From assembly GCA_051294905.1 (NCBI GenBank), contig CM119372.1, positions 16,556,001 through 16,620,000 on the forward strand: DNA of 64,000 nt, given 5' to 3'. Positions 26,649 to 38,543 of the stretch are shown here, in pieces. How positions within the stretch are numbered: position 1 is the first letter of the stretch; each line of letters begins with the position of its first letter. The position numbers were made by a program, and so were the translations under genes. The DNA comes from Botryllus schlosseri (Eukaryota). The notes beneath the pieces were generated by a model. It made no database searches and was not told where the DNA came from. It saw only the letters and a list, made by a program, of their open reading frames with translations.

Positions 26649-26867
26649 AGGTTTTATATACGCCTTTCACTTATTAGGAAAATTGCATTTGATCAAATGA
26701 TTTTGGACGACATAATGTATTTGTATAACCATGATTGCACGACAGTGATTGGTGAGCCTATATAGCTGGGCGATATGAAATCGATGCATTGAATGAACCT
26801 ATTTTGTGTTTGATTCGTTCTATGCTGAGCCTATATATTTTTATAGAGTTGGCTTTCTTTTTAGACG

Positions 26868-26938
26868 TTTCCAATCATGTCCTGGACACACTATTACACA
26901 AGTTCCAATCATGTCCTGGACACACTATTACACAAGTT
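26868..26938. repeat. Tandem duplication, ~34-bp unit x2 (a second ~33-bp x2 duplication lies at 27218-27287)
   Basis: ttccaatcatgtcctggacacactattacacaag repeated; tctaggatgttgt(c)ggatgcaacactctccatt repeated. Confidence 0.9.
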
Positions 26939-27579
26939 TTTCCCATTATTACCTAATACAGAGTGATTGATCTGCACAATGCTGTCTTTATCTGGCACCT
27001 TTTGGCTCTGGGAGGTGACTGCTGTGTATAACTCGCTCAAATGCAATCATTCTTCGCAGCGTTACCAGCAACAATTTTGAGGCTAAAAACCGCATATTGA
27101 AGTTGATCCATAGTTTCCGGTAATCCGCAGAATATCAGTGGTATTTGACAGTAGCTAATTAAGCCTGATTATTTGCGATTACCCAGTGAATTTTATTTCC
27201 ATTTATCCATCCTGTGATCTAGGATGTTGTTGGATGCAACACTCTCCATTTCTAGGATGTTGTCGGATGCAACACTCTCCATTTCTAAAGGCACCACAGT
27301 GGTATTGAAAATGCCTCTCCACTTGTAATCACCTCATTGATTTCCCAGTTTTATAATAGGAAGTAGCTTGATTTGGAAAAATATAGTTCCAAGATGCCCG
27401 TCTCACCAAAGATGAGTTGTCCAAATGTACTACACATGACTGTGACAGACACGGAGAACAGTTCACCAGGTAATATAATTTTGAATCTCAACCACAAAAT
27501 ATAACAGTGCGGACGGAGTACTAAAATGGTGGCGTGGTTGCATGGTTGATGGTTCGGCACTTGATTCATCTGTAAAGCG

Positions 27580-30500
27580 TTACAACTCCTCTTTCTCGGA
27601 CTGCCCGTCGCTGCTGTCTTCTTCCTCTGTGCAGTATTCTGGAAACCAAAAACGGTTCGCAGATAATATAGAGTTGATTTCACACTTTTGAAAGAATTAT
27701 CGGTTCCGGCCATTGGAGGTGAAAAAATATCGGCAATTTTCGTGACGTCACAACATGGCGGTAGGAAGTCAGAAAACTAATGGCTGTAAAGCCGTTGAAA
27801 TGAGTGCTCTGTAGTTTTGCAAATGCGCCTTTTGAGTGGATTGCACCTCATTTGAATATCGGTTTAATTGGTATCGGCCTAAAAATCCAAAATAAATCAG
27901 GCTCTAGTCATAACTGACAACACCTACAGCAGTTCATGCAACAAATACCTCCTGCTTCAGTGCATATTTTGTAAGCAACGTCTTTGTCATTCCCGGAGAT
28001 ATACTTGATGAAATCGTCCTCGTGTTCCTCAATGATGCTTTCACACTAGAAAATATGCAAGATACTGCTGGTGAACGTTCAGGTACACTGGAAATAGCGT
28101 TTTAGTTCCAAAACTTGGGTTGATATCATGATGAGAAACAAAACGGCATGCATTACGTGCAGATACAGTGATCGAATGTGATTTCATGCAGTTAACGAAG
28201 TAAAAAATGGTATCCAGCAACAGTAAACTGTAACCCATGCTGTGTTTGCAAACTAATTTACAAGATCAGATTTGATGACACTGGACCATGATGACATTTC
28301 CTGACACTAAACAGGACCTCTAAGAATTTTTACAAATAAAAGAGGCATTGCAGTGGGTAATGCAGCGTCTTCGGTTTTTCCACTTACGATAAACCTGATA
28401 TCCTTGGAATCAGTGTCTGGAGGCCGGTCACCAGACGATTGCGCCCTTGCCATTAGAGCTTGGAAATCAACATCACCCGCCATTTTGCCATCGTGAGTTA
28501 CCATCCTTTTTAGACTGTACGGGAACAGACATTACAGAATGTGCCTCACACATTTTAACACCTTGGAATTCACCTGATTTTCCCAGAATCGCTTTCTACA
28601 TTTTTCACATAATCACTTGAAATGCCCCCGCAAATACTCTCCAGTAAATCCGTTATGTGACCCGCGGATCGTGCAAAAGAAACCTACTCGTCGTTACGTC
28701 GAAGGAATTATCACCGAGAAGTAGCAGACTGGGCGTGGCAGCATTGTGGTCATATGTCGTGGGGAGTAAACAGGACATGCAAGAAACGGTATTATTGTTA
28801 ATTATGTGCCATTCAAAATGCTCGTTAGGATCTGCCTGATCTCTAGTTGGAGATGATTCAATTACGAGTTAGATTAGGCTGTATCATATATATATTGAAT
28901 TCTCACAACGATTATTACTGTGAAAGTTGGCAATTATGCAACCACTCAGTGTGCAATTCATTAAAAGTTGGAACAGATCACTGGACCAGCTATGACAAAA
29001 TCAAGTTCACAATTAGCACAATTGATTTAGTTTATAGGATTTCAGGGATGGTTCAGTATTTCGAATTTGTAGATTTCAAATCCAATGTGACACGCACAGG
29101 CGCACTAAGAAGCAAGTTCTGGGCTAGAAATGAAACTTTGAACCACGTGCATTATGAAGCTCTTTAAATAGTGCATAATGAACAGAACAGCAACACAGCA
29201 TGCATTCACTACATCCAACACAATCTACGGTTTCTTACGGCAAATTTCAATTGTTTTGAAATATCCTTGCTCATTGATACATTTTCTAGAGAAATTGTCT
29301 CCCCGTCCCTGGAGCTCGTTCTAACATATTTTCGTTTTCCGTCATCCGACTTGGACTCTGCGTATGTGTTCATTTTTGAGCAGACTTCTTCTAATTGTTC
29401 GGATAGGAAAACTTCAGACCGCGAATACGCAACCTTGGATTATTACATGGGTAATGATGGGGTGGATGTCAATTGAACGACTTAATTCCATATAAATACA
29501 TATGGTATAACACATTGAAGCAAAATTTTTATCGAAGTATTAGCCTAGTCACTTTAATAGGCTATTTACGTCAAGACGGAAGCAAAAAGTTGGACACGAC
29601 TTAGCAGCAACACAGGTGCACGGTTCGAAAATAGAACATCAGTATATATCACGGACAGACAGACTGGAGGCAGATCTTGTAGTGATTTGTTTCACAGCAT
29701 AGTATGGTCTATCACAGTGGTTCCCAACCTTTTTCGACTCATCGCCCCCTTTTCAAGCTCCACAGCGATCATCGCCCCCCAAATATTGGGAACCGAAAAA
29801 TGGGCATACAAACTCTAATCACCGGTGAGTTGACTATAAAAAAGGTCAACTTTTCGGCTCAACCTCGAAATTTTCGTGAGTTGACTAAAAAATTACTCCG
29901 ACTTGACTACGGCATAGTCGTTTTAACGCGCCATCGTCTCCCTATCACCCCTTTCGTTATTTTCGCCCCCTTAAGGAATTAACGCGCCATCACTCGCCGG
30001 AGATATTTTCGCCCACCTAGACTGCCAAATCGCCCGAGGGGCGCTGTGAACTCGGCCCATGACGAATTCGGCCCATGGTGAACTCGGCCTTCGGTGAACT
30101 CGGCCCATAGTGACCTTGCTAATAATAATTAATATAAGCGTTGGGAATTGTATAAATTATTGGAGACGATAGTGAATTGGTGATGGTGGACATGTCGTAT
30201 GGATTTTATTCCCACTGGGGGTGGCATGGCATCGTATGTCAGACGTATGTAATGTTATATCAGGCATATAGAGCTGTGGTGTAATGTTGATGAAGAGTGC
30301 AGAACCTCAAGGATCAAACTCTTAACGGAAAAAGTGGTGAACATGGTGCACATGGTGAAATCGGTGTATCCCAAGATTAGGGTTGGGGATATTACCACAA
30401 CCTCAACCCTAATCCATCTCCGACCCGAATATCCCCCCCTCTCAACGCTAATATCCCCCACCTCCAACCCTAATATCCCCCTTTAATCCTAACCCTCCCC

Positions 30501-31863
30501 CAACCCGAATGTCCCACACCTCCAACCCTAATCTTTGGATACCCTAACCCCTACCCTAATATCCGCATGCCACTCCAACCCTAATACCCCTCTTCCCCAA
30601 CCCTAATATCCCGCTCGCCAACCCTAAGCCCCTCCAACCCTAATATCCCCATCCCCAACCCTTAATAGTCCCCCTCTAACCCTAACCCACTTCCAACCCT
30701 AATATCCCCAATCCCAAGCCCCTCCACCCTAATCTTGGGATACACCGAATTCACCATGTGCGAGGAGGTTTTTCCGTCTTGACCAGTGGTTCCCAACCTT
30801 TTTCGACTCATCGCTCCCTTTTCAAGCTCAACTCCGATCATCGCCCCCCAGATTTTGTGAACCGAAAAATCGGCATACAATCTGTAATCATCGGCGGGTT
30901 GACTAAAAAAAAGAAGGTCAACTTCCCGGCTCGTTGTCGAATTTTACACTAAATTTTCATGGGTTGACTAAAAAAAAGGTCATTTCTCCGACTTGACTCC
31001 AATATATCCGTTATCGCCCCCTTCGCTATTTTCACCCCCTTTGTCCATTTTCGCCCCCCTATTGCCCCCTTCGTCATTTTCGCCCCCCTAGGCCACCAAA
31101 TCGCCCCCTGGGGGGCAATATCGCCCACGTTGGGAACCACTGGTCTTCATCAACACTATATACACACTCAGTTACATAGCTCCATATGCCGAATATAACA
31201 TTTCAAACGTCCGACATTCGATACCGCCCCCCAGCGGGAATAAAATTCATATGACATGTCCACCCCTACCCATTCAACATTTATTTAAATTAAACATTCA
31301 ATAATTAATACAGTTCCCAACGTTTATAATAATTTTTATTAACAAAGTTACCATGGGCCGAATTCGCCGAATGCCGAGTTCACCATGGGCCGAGTTCACA
31401 GAAGGCCGAATTCGCCATGGGCCGAGTTCACTGATCACCGCTATCGCCCACGTTGGGAACCACTGGTCTATCAGAAGAGACCAAAGGTGCTCTCTGATAA
31501 AGTAGTTTTCATGGCTACCTTCCTACATCAACAATAGAAACCAAGGAATATATAGATAGCATCACCTTTACAGATTTTGTTTTTCCATTTGGATCGACTC
31601 GGAAACTGCCAACATCTATTTTCTTCCTTGGGTCCACTTTACTAATCTCATGCTCTACCTCATCGATGATCGCTTTACATGCTGTAAACGTAGGTAGTAG
31701 TTTACGATATGACCAGGCAATACAATGCGAGGACCACAGATCACATGAATAGATCAACTATACCTCCACAGTATAATCCAAGATCTTTTTTCCCAGCGAC
31801 GACTGACGACTTTAAAATTATGCTTGATAGAAAAAATGTCACTATTTGGAAGTTACAGAGCAT
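27580..31863 (-). CDS. CNPY2: Canopy-family (CNPY1/2-like) ER saposin-fold protein, isoform A
   Basis: Exons 31863-31764, 31681-31566, 29433-29239, 28045-27949 and 27638-27580 join in frame: signal peptide, DLGLYCGACKAIIDEVEHEISKVDPRKKIDVGSFRVDPNG, VAYSRSEVFLSEQLEEVC, LKFACESIIEEHEDD, and C-terminal KEEL ER-retention signal. Confidence 0.93.
28388..28683 (-). CDS. Alternative CNPY central exon pair (isoform B)
   Basis: Exons 28683-28574 (110 nt) and 28514-28388 (127 nt), separated by a 59-nt GT-AG intron, with phase 0 outer ends: VSFARSAGHITDLLESICGGISSDYVKNVESDSGKISLKRMVTHDGKMAGDVDFQALMARAQSSGDRPPDTDSKDIRFI; homologous to exon 29433-29239. Confidence 0.85.
29715..31465. mobile_element. Buster-type hAT MITE with two nested elements (CNPY intron)
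   Basis: cagtggttcccaac / gttgggaaccactg; TSD gtctatca. Inner element ~30043-31440 has gtgaactcggcccat inverted ends. Innermost same-family copy at 30784-31142 (TSD gtcttgac/gtcttcat). Confidence 0.9.
30395..30735 (+). repeat. Degenerate (A)ACCCTAA telomere-like minisatellite inside a MITE
   Basis: Many ccaaccctaatatcccc-type units. Confidence 0.85.
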
Positions 31864-32196
31864 GCTTCAATTTGCTCCCAGCTTTCAACTTCTCAGTACC
31901 AATATAAATTTCAAAACCTAATGTTGTAAATGAGAAAATTCACATTTATTCATGGAATGATTAGCAACCAGACGTCACAGACAACTTGGAATCGAAACAG
32001 AGTAACCGATTATCGAATCACTGTTTGGACAGAGATTCCAACAGCAATAGAACACAAGAATTTATTTGTCTTAGCAAAGAATTCAAGAAGCTGGAGAACA
32101 AATTTTTACAAGGACGCATAGTGTAGAATACAGTTCATGAAAAATTGTGCTATGAAATGAATGTTAGTACTTAGTAGGTATAGTTATAGTAATAAT

Positions 32197-32588
32197 TAGA
32201 GCAAGTTTTTGTTGCAGTTAAATCCGTGGAAAGTTGCATTTATTTTTGAAAAAAGTTGAAAAGTTGCAGAAGTTGCATTTTGCTCAGTTGACTAAAAAAA
32301 AAGGGTAAATTTTCCGGCTCAGTTCCCGAAATACCCGTAAAAGCGTTATTTCGGTGCTGATTTACAGTGTTTCAGTCGAATTTGGCCGTGTATTTCACCA
32401 AAATCGAAAATACTTTCATGAAAAATCGAGAAAGTTGCAAAAAGTTGCATGGAAGAAATGGACAAAAGTTGCAAAAAGTTGCACTTTAAGATTTCTTCAA
32501 ACAGCTTAAAACAGCATCCTACATATGTTACGAGTATATTTAGGAAGCTGCCGTAAGCTGTAAAAAAAAGTTGCAAAAACTTGCCCTA
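32197..32588. mobile_element. hAT-type MITE (AAGTTGCA repeats)
   Basis: tagagcaagttttt / aaaaacttgcccta; TSD gtaataat. Confidence 0.88.
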
Positions 32589-33591
32589 GTAATAATAGTG
32601 AGTTGTACCTATGTTCATGTGTGACTACTAGGGCTGATTCGAGTACTAACTAATAATGATTTGAGTCAAGTAGTAAAATACGATTTTTTCGAGTACTGAA
32701 ATTATACGTTCCTCGTCACTGAAAGTTGATTTATCAACGAGGATTATAGTTTCGATAGTATTTTCCACTGTAAAAACCTTGATTAGTCATGTCCCAGCAT
32801 GCGAAACATAGGCTATAGTAGAAAGCAACGAACGTTGCTGGAAATAACACATTTCTGAAGTACTGATCCATCCCACAACATTGTCACAAAGTTCAATGCA
32901 ATCAGTATGGTTGAAAAATTACCAAAGTATCTTGGTAGTGATGGATAACAGCCTTGTTCACAGAAATAAGGCCAAAGTAGAGATGAGGCACAGACGAGCC
33001 AAGCGTCACCTGTGACAGCGTAATTCATCATATTCAGCTCTGAATTTATAATAACTGGCATTAATCAAACGCACTGATTTCGAAAATCCAAGTATTTATA
33101 ATGTCAGAGCACCAGACTCCCCACAAAATTATCAGGGATATGAAATTCGGCTGGTTGTTATCATGTTATGTGTACAATTACTGACAGCACAGTGAAACAA
33201 TACATGAACAATTGATTGTTTGCATAGCAATCGTATAATCGCACCGCAGTGAAACAATGTGGCATCGACTTCATGTACAGGCCCTACTGGAATCTCGGTA
33301 AGTTTTGCCTAATATAACAGGTGAGCAGCGATGATTCTGCAAGTTCAAGTAATTTAATAAAAAATAATAAAAAAATGAAACATAGTGTGAGCACAGGACA
33401 CCGATCCCATACTGGAGTACAGGCAGTGTAGTATGTAACGTGAAGTTGTGATAGCATGGAGATAATGTAGCTGTTATATAGACCATAGCTATATAGTGCC
33501 TCACCAATCACAATCATTAAATCCGCAACGCAAGACACTGACACATGGGTTGTAGGTCGATACGCTAACCCCCCCTGCCTACACTACTCAC

Positions 33592-33800
33592 GCAGTGAAG
33601 GTGCAACTGCTATTACCACCATAGACGGAGAAGGTGAACCCCGTAAGCCCGGACACATCCGATAGCGTGTGATGAGACTGGGAGTCGGAGATGAGAGATG
33701 ACATGCGATCAGAATCAGAGACGATATCGTGTACTTCCGCAATTGTCACCGAAATTTTCCCACAATAGAGCATTGGCGCAAAGTAAAACGAAAGTATCAT
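33592..33800 (-). other. Probable non-coding first exon of CNPY (5' boundary uncertain)
   Basis: Strong donor GTGAGT at 33591. The CNPY ATG exon has an acceptor at 31918 and an in-frame stop upstream of the ATG. Confidence 0.45.
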
Positions 33801-33832
33801 AGAAAATCGTTCCGGCTCGTTACTTCAGTTAA

Positions 33833-36395
33833 AGGTCAACTGCATCTCAAAAATGACTTTGCCTTATTTCGTACATTATGTGGTTAGGAACATGGATAAA
33901 ATAATAAAAATTGCGAATACTCAATAGTTTGGTCGTAATTTAATTTACAAATAGAAAAGCAATAAAACGGAAACGAAATCATTCAACCATGAAATGACGT
34001 CATGTAACTGACACGACAAGTCCTGGTAAACAGAAAGTTATACCTTTTGGTCAGTTTTGGGATTGATTATACACTTTTTTCTGTGGATTTGGGTCTTTCA
34101 GTGTGGTCATGAAAGCTGTTAAGAAGATCAGACATCGAGGTAGATGTCATGTAGCGTATGGTTGATACTCTCACACGTACTGCCGGTTCTCACTTCATAT
34201 TCTTGCAACAAAAAAATTATGGAAAGAAGATGTCAGAGGAATGCTATAAACCTACTAAGGGTGGAGATCAAAAGTCCCGCTAAGCGGCTGGAATCGGTAA
34301 GTGGAAATGTATTGTGTCTGCCAGTATTGTAAGAGTGTAAGTTACCGTTTCTTCTTGTACTTATATTGTTTGCACTCGAGTACATGTAGAAACAATTATG
34401 CCTTCAAAAACTATATAGTATAAGTGTAGTAGTCTGAAATAAATCAACTTCACTAATTGAAAAAGTAGAGGCTTTACTTACTGAAAATGGAGTCTATGAC
34501 CACTGACCAGCCTACTTCAGAACGCTAACGTGGCTAACCAGCTTTTTATGAAAAATGTATTCATATTAGACTATTAGTCATTTTATTTACTGAATGGGGA
34601 GTGTCAGATATCCCTGACTGAACACTATATCACTATATCGATTTAGGCTTTATCTTCGAAAACAAGTTTTCCAGGAAGAACAAAAGGTGGTACACGGAAG
34701 AGATGCACGTTTTCAAACTCAAAATCATTCACTGATGAAGCTGTTTGAGCCGGAAAGCCTACATGTCATGTCGGCAGCAAAAGTATAAGAGGATAATATC
34801 GATGATCCATTAAGATATCGTAATCTGTGTTGTTGTAGGCATACCTCTCAATATGTTGACATCTCAGTAGAGATGAAAAGATACCACTATCACCATAACA
34901 GTTTAAATGTTAGGTACTGTGTAATATTATAACTGTTCAAAACACAAAACAACACTTATCAGATTTCATATGCATTTTTGTAGGATGCAGTTGGCAATCC
35001 TTCATTCTAATGAATCATTAAGATACAACATTTGGTACACTGCCTTCAATCTGACAACATTTGGTATACTGCCTTCAATCTGACTGTTACCAAAACTTTG
35101 TAATATTCTTTTACCTGTTCTAGATTACTTCAATGAAAAAGTTGAAGCAATCATCAAAACAAGACCAGGAACGGCGGAGTTGACCAATTCTATTGAGATT
35201 GTTCATCCTCATTTGACTGCTGACATCTTCAAAATTAGCTGGGACGAAGCTATTGCCAAACACAAAACCTGATATATTTCTCTCCCTGACACAGTAGTGG
35301 TCCGGATGGATTAGTTATGTTGCATTTATTATTTTCAATAAAACTATTCATTGACAAGGAAGCATTGCAAAATTGAAATCTCTTGAAAGTAGTCGATGAG
35401 AATTTTGATCAGGTGGCGGTAACAACGCGTGCAGTAAGGATTCTTCGTTTCGTTGTTTTTACGTGGGATCCACAAGGCCAGCGAACAAAATTTCTCTACG
35501 CAGTGTTTCACAGCTTCCTGAAAAGTGTAATTGTTGTGTTAGGAAATTATTTGGCAGCTGACTCGACGTTTCATCTGAATTAGACTCATTCACTCCTGCA
35601 TTGAATGAGGTGTAATAATTCTGTGGCCATATTCCTGTTGATATCCACAGTGAGTCATGTCCAATGCATCAACATCAGGACACACTGATTGAAATGCTGT
35701 GATGCATTCTTCTGTCAGTTACTCGGGGGGACCTTCTTGCTGCATAAACTCTCCCTAATATTTATCATAAGCTGACAACCTCCATACTGACACCTGTCAT
35801 TGATAATACCAAGATTCCTAACTGTAAAGAGGTGATGCACTAACTCACAAATACCACTATAGACAAGCGGCTTACGTTGAACAAGCTATAGACTGATCAT
35901 ACTATTGATTACTAACCTGCTTCGGTTAGTCTTAGTAATGTATAATCACACACAAACGACCTATCGTTACACGAAGCTGCTATAAGGGTTCCACTGATGT
36001 TGGATGGAGCGAATCAACACCAGAAACGCGTCTGCATTTCCACATTATTTTCGTAGGTAAGTGCAAAAGGTATACTTACATTCGACATCTGAGAACTCAG
36101 ACTCATTTTCAATATCACTTGACGAATCCGTTACAAGCAAAACTTCCGCCATCAACTAAAATAATCGCCCTGCGATTGGGAGTACACAAACATCTGCGGT
36201 GGTGAGAAGAGATGTCATGTACCTGACGTCACAATGCACATTCTGCTTTTTCTGTAAACAACCCAATATTGAGACTTTCAGTCCAAATTACGGCAATTTC
36301 CGATTAGTTTGAAATATGTAAAGTCGGCAATTTCGGTATAAAAAATAATTCTGAACACGATTCCGCAAAGTTGTCTATGAAGATGCAGTTGACCT
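33833..36395. mobile_element. Internally deleted Kolobok transposon with KolX remnant
   Basis: Perfect 15-bp TIRs aggtcaactgcatct / agatgcagttgacct; TTAA on both sides; degenerate cysteine-rich accessory gene on the minus strand at ~35365-35790. Confidence 0.88.
35365..35790 (-). pseudogene. KolX-like (P2X7 C-terminal-like) accessory gene remnant
   Basis: QYGGCQLMINIRESLCSKKV, frameshifted ECITAFQSVCPDVDALD, then KL*NTA*RNFVRWPCG...KRRILTARVVTAT*SKFS; stops and frameshifts present. Confidence 0.7.
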
Positions 36396-36640
36396 TTAAA
36401 TAAACCAGATGTCGGACGAAAAATCAAGTCAGCATCAATCAATCAGTTTTATAGGCGTAGCCACTAACTAGCGGGCCAAAGGGCCCATGTCCCATAAATA
36501 TTTCGAAAATATTCGTAGATTAGCATTGAAGTGTAGTATTTTCGAGCATATGTATTCAAGTTGAAATTTTTTCTTCGTTCATTGCGTGATGTATAGGACT
36601 AGTAGTTTCATACTCAATGGTAGCCCACTCTGACCCTACC

Positions 36641-36860
36641 GACACGATAGCGTAATGGTGAAGCGTCCGGCTTCTTAATCGGTAGGTCGTGGGTTCGATC
36701 CCCGACCGGGTCAGACCAAAGACCTGATTAGTAACACACCGGTATCCATGACTTCCCTGCTTGGTGCTCGTGCATTACTGGGATAGCATGGAGAGGTGGT
36801 GCATGACGTAGAAAGCCGTAAAGGCTATATCTGCACTTCCTTGTCCAGCGGAATATGAAC
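36641..36860 (+). mobile_element. tRNA-derived SINE (family C), core resembling the MetaSINE domain
   Basis: A box tagcgtaatgg, B box ggttcgatccc, followed by ggtcagaccaaagac...cttccctgcttggtgctc; second copy at 21950. Confidence 0.75.
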
Positions 36861-38543
36861 ATCATGCACTCATGGTATGCATATGCTCAGATCGTGTGCA
36901 TGTGTAGCATGAGTCGGTGTATATGCCGCAAAAACAGCAAGCACAAAAATAAACTACGTCCTTCCTCCCGAGCAATCGGAATACGCAGTTTCTCGGTACA
37001 AATGCTTACAGCAGAAAGAAATATTGCGCCTCTTGAATAAATACGAACTGGTAATAGTACGCATGTTCTAGAAGGCGTGCTGTTGTCTGATAACCCGCTA
37101 GAGTGCGGCCCGCGAAAGGTCGCTTGGAATTCAAAACATAAAACCTACTTCTTGAATGTTGATGCGTGGACGAAAACCATGGGCTGTATCAAATGAACAG
37201 GAGATTCGTTTACTTTGAAGCCTGTTTATCAATAGGCCTACGCCGCGATTACGTTGCCTATTACGTACCTTCCGTACGTAATCCAGATTCCCACAAAAGT
37301 CAATGTAGCAAAGTATGAGTACCAATAAAAGTCACAAGAAATCACTTTTCCATATAGTTTAGTTAGATCAAACTCAAACCTTCTTCGTTGCCATTGCCAC
37401 ATTGCAGATTGTATTGCCATGCACACACGATCTCTGTTTCAAATTGTTACGTGATACCACGTAGTACCAACATTTACTTTTCATAAAAGTCATGTCATAC
37501 CCAGAATTTTCGTTGCGCTTCGCGCACAGTAGATATGTAGTGACAAATCAGTTTTAACTAAGGTATCGCTGAATATAATTTAGATATCGGGTTGCGTGGT
37601 TCCGTTCACACCGCATTGTCGCCCATATCAAATATTTCATCACAGTAAACATGGCCCACCATAACGTTCGAAACTACCGTTTCGCAATCTAGCAATTACC
37701 TATCCTATCGTTATCTAGCAGCCCATAACGTGTCCGGCCAATCTGGAAAATCCGCCTTTTTGGAACGTTTTAGCAGATCACCTTTGAAGCTTTCTGGACA
37801 GAAGACATGAAATATATTTTCCGCTTTTTAGAAGATGTATTTGTATTTCACTTTCAATTCCTAGTGAAATATTCGGAGTATCATGCTTTGGGTTCTAATT
37901 AGGTCTTTTGTCTGCAGGAGAAGTAATGCCTCAATTAAAACTGTTTTCAAAACTACTTACTTACTTACTTGAGTAGATTTAAAGTCAGTCAATTCTACTT
38001 ATACTTCAAGTAGTTTTAGGTGGTTTATGAAGGAAGTACTTCTACTCGTACTTGAGTAGATTTTTTCGTCGCTACTTCTACTTCTACTTGAGTAACTTTC
38101 TTGACTACTTTGACCACCTCTGATTTACAATACACGAACAGAATATTCATAGTGCCAAGTAACCTGATGAACGAGAAGAAAGATATAGGCACGTCATGTA
38201 CAGCTATATGAGCAATGTACCATAATGGAATTGTACTTTGTAGCTTTGCCCAAAGAATGTAGAAGGGGGTTGGGGTCGTTTGAACTGGTATCCACCTTGA
38301 CCTAGTGCCCGATGTCACTCTCTTCTTCGATGCTATTCTTTCCTGCACTTTTTCATACATTATCATGTTTTTTTATCCTGGCTTTTTGTCACCGCCAACA
38401 AATTGCCGTACCATCTTGATTGTAAAAATTGTTCGACGTTCTCTCCAACATCAGGACCTTTTTAAAAGCAAGGCTATGTGGCAAGTTTTCTGTCGCATTT
38501 TTTTGTTGTAAGTTGCGGCCACAATGGTCCACAATGAGACAGC

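Noticed and set aside
30395..30735. True telomere or fusion scar
   Set aside because: Degenerate and enclosed by the inverted ends of a MITE
36641..36713. tRNA-like cloverleaf
   Set aside because: Imperfect stems, followed by a SINE core, with a degenerate second copy at 21950; treated as a SINE head
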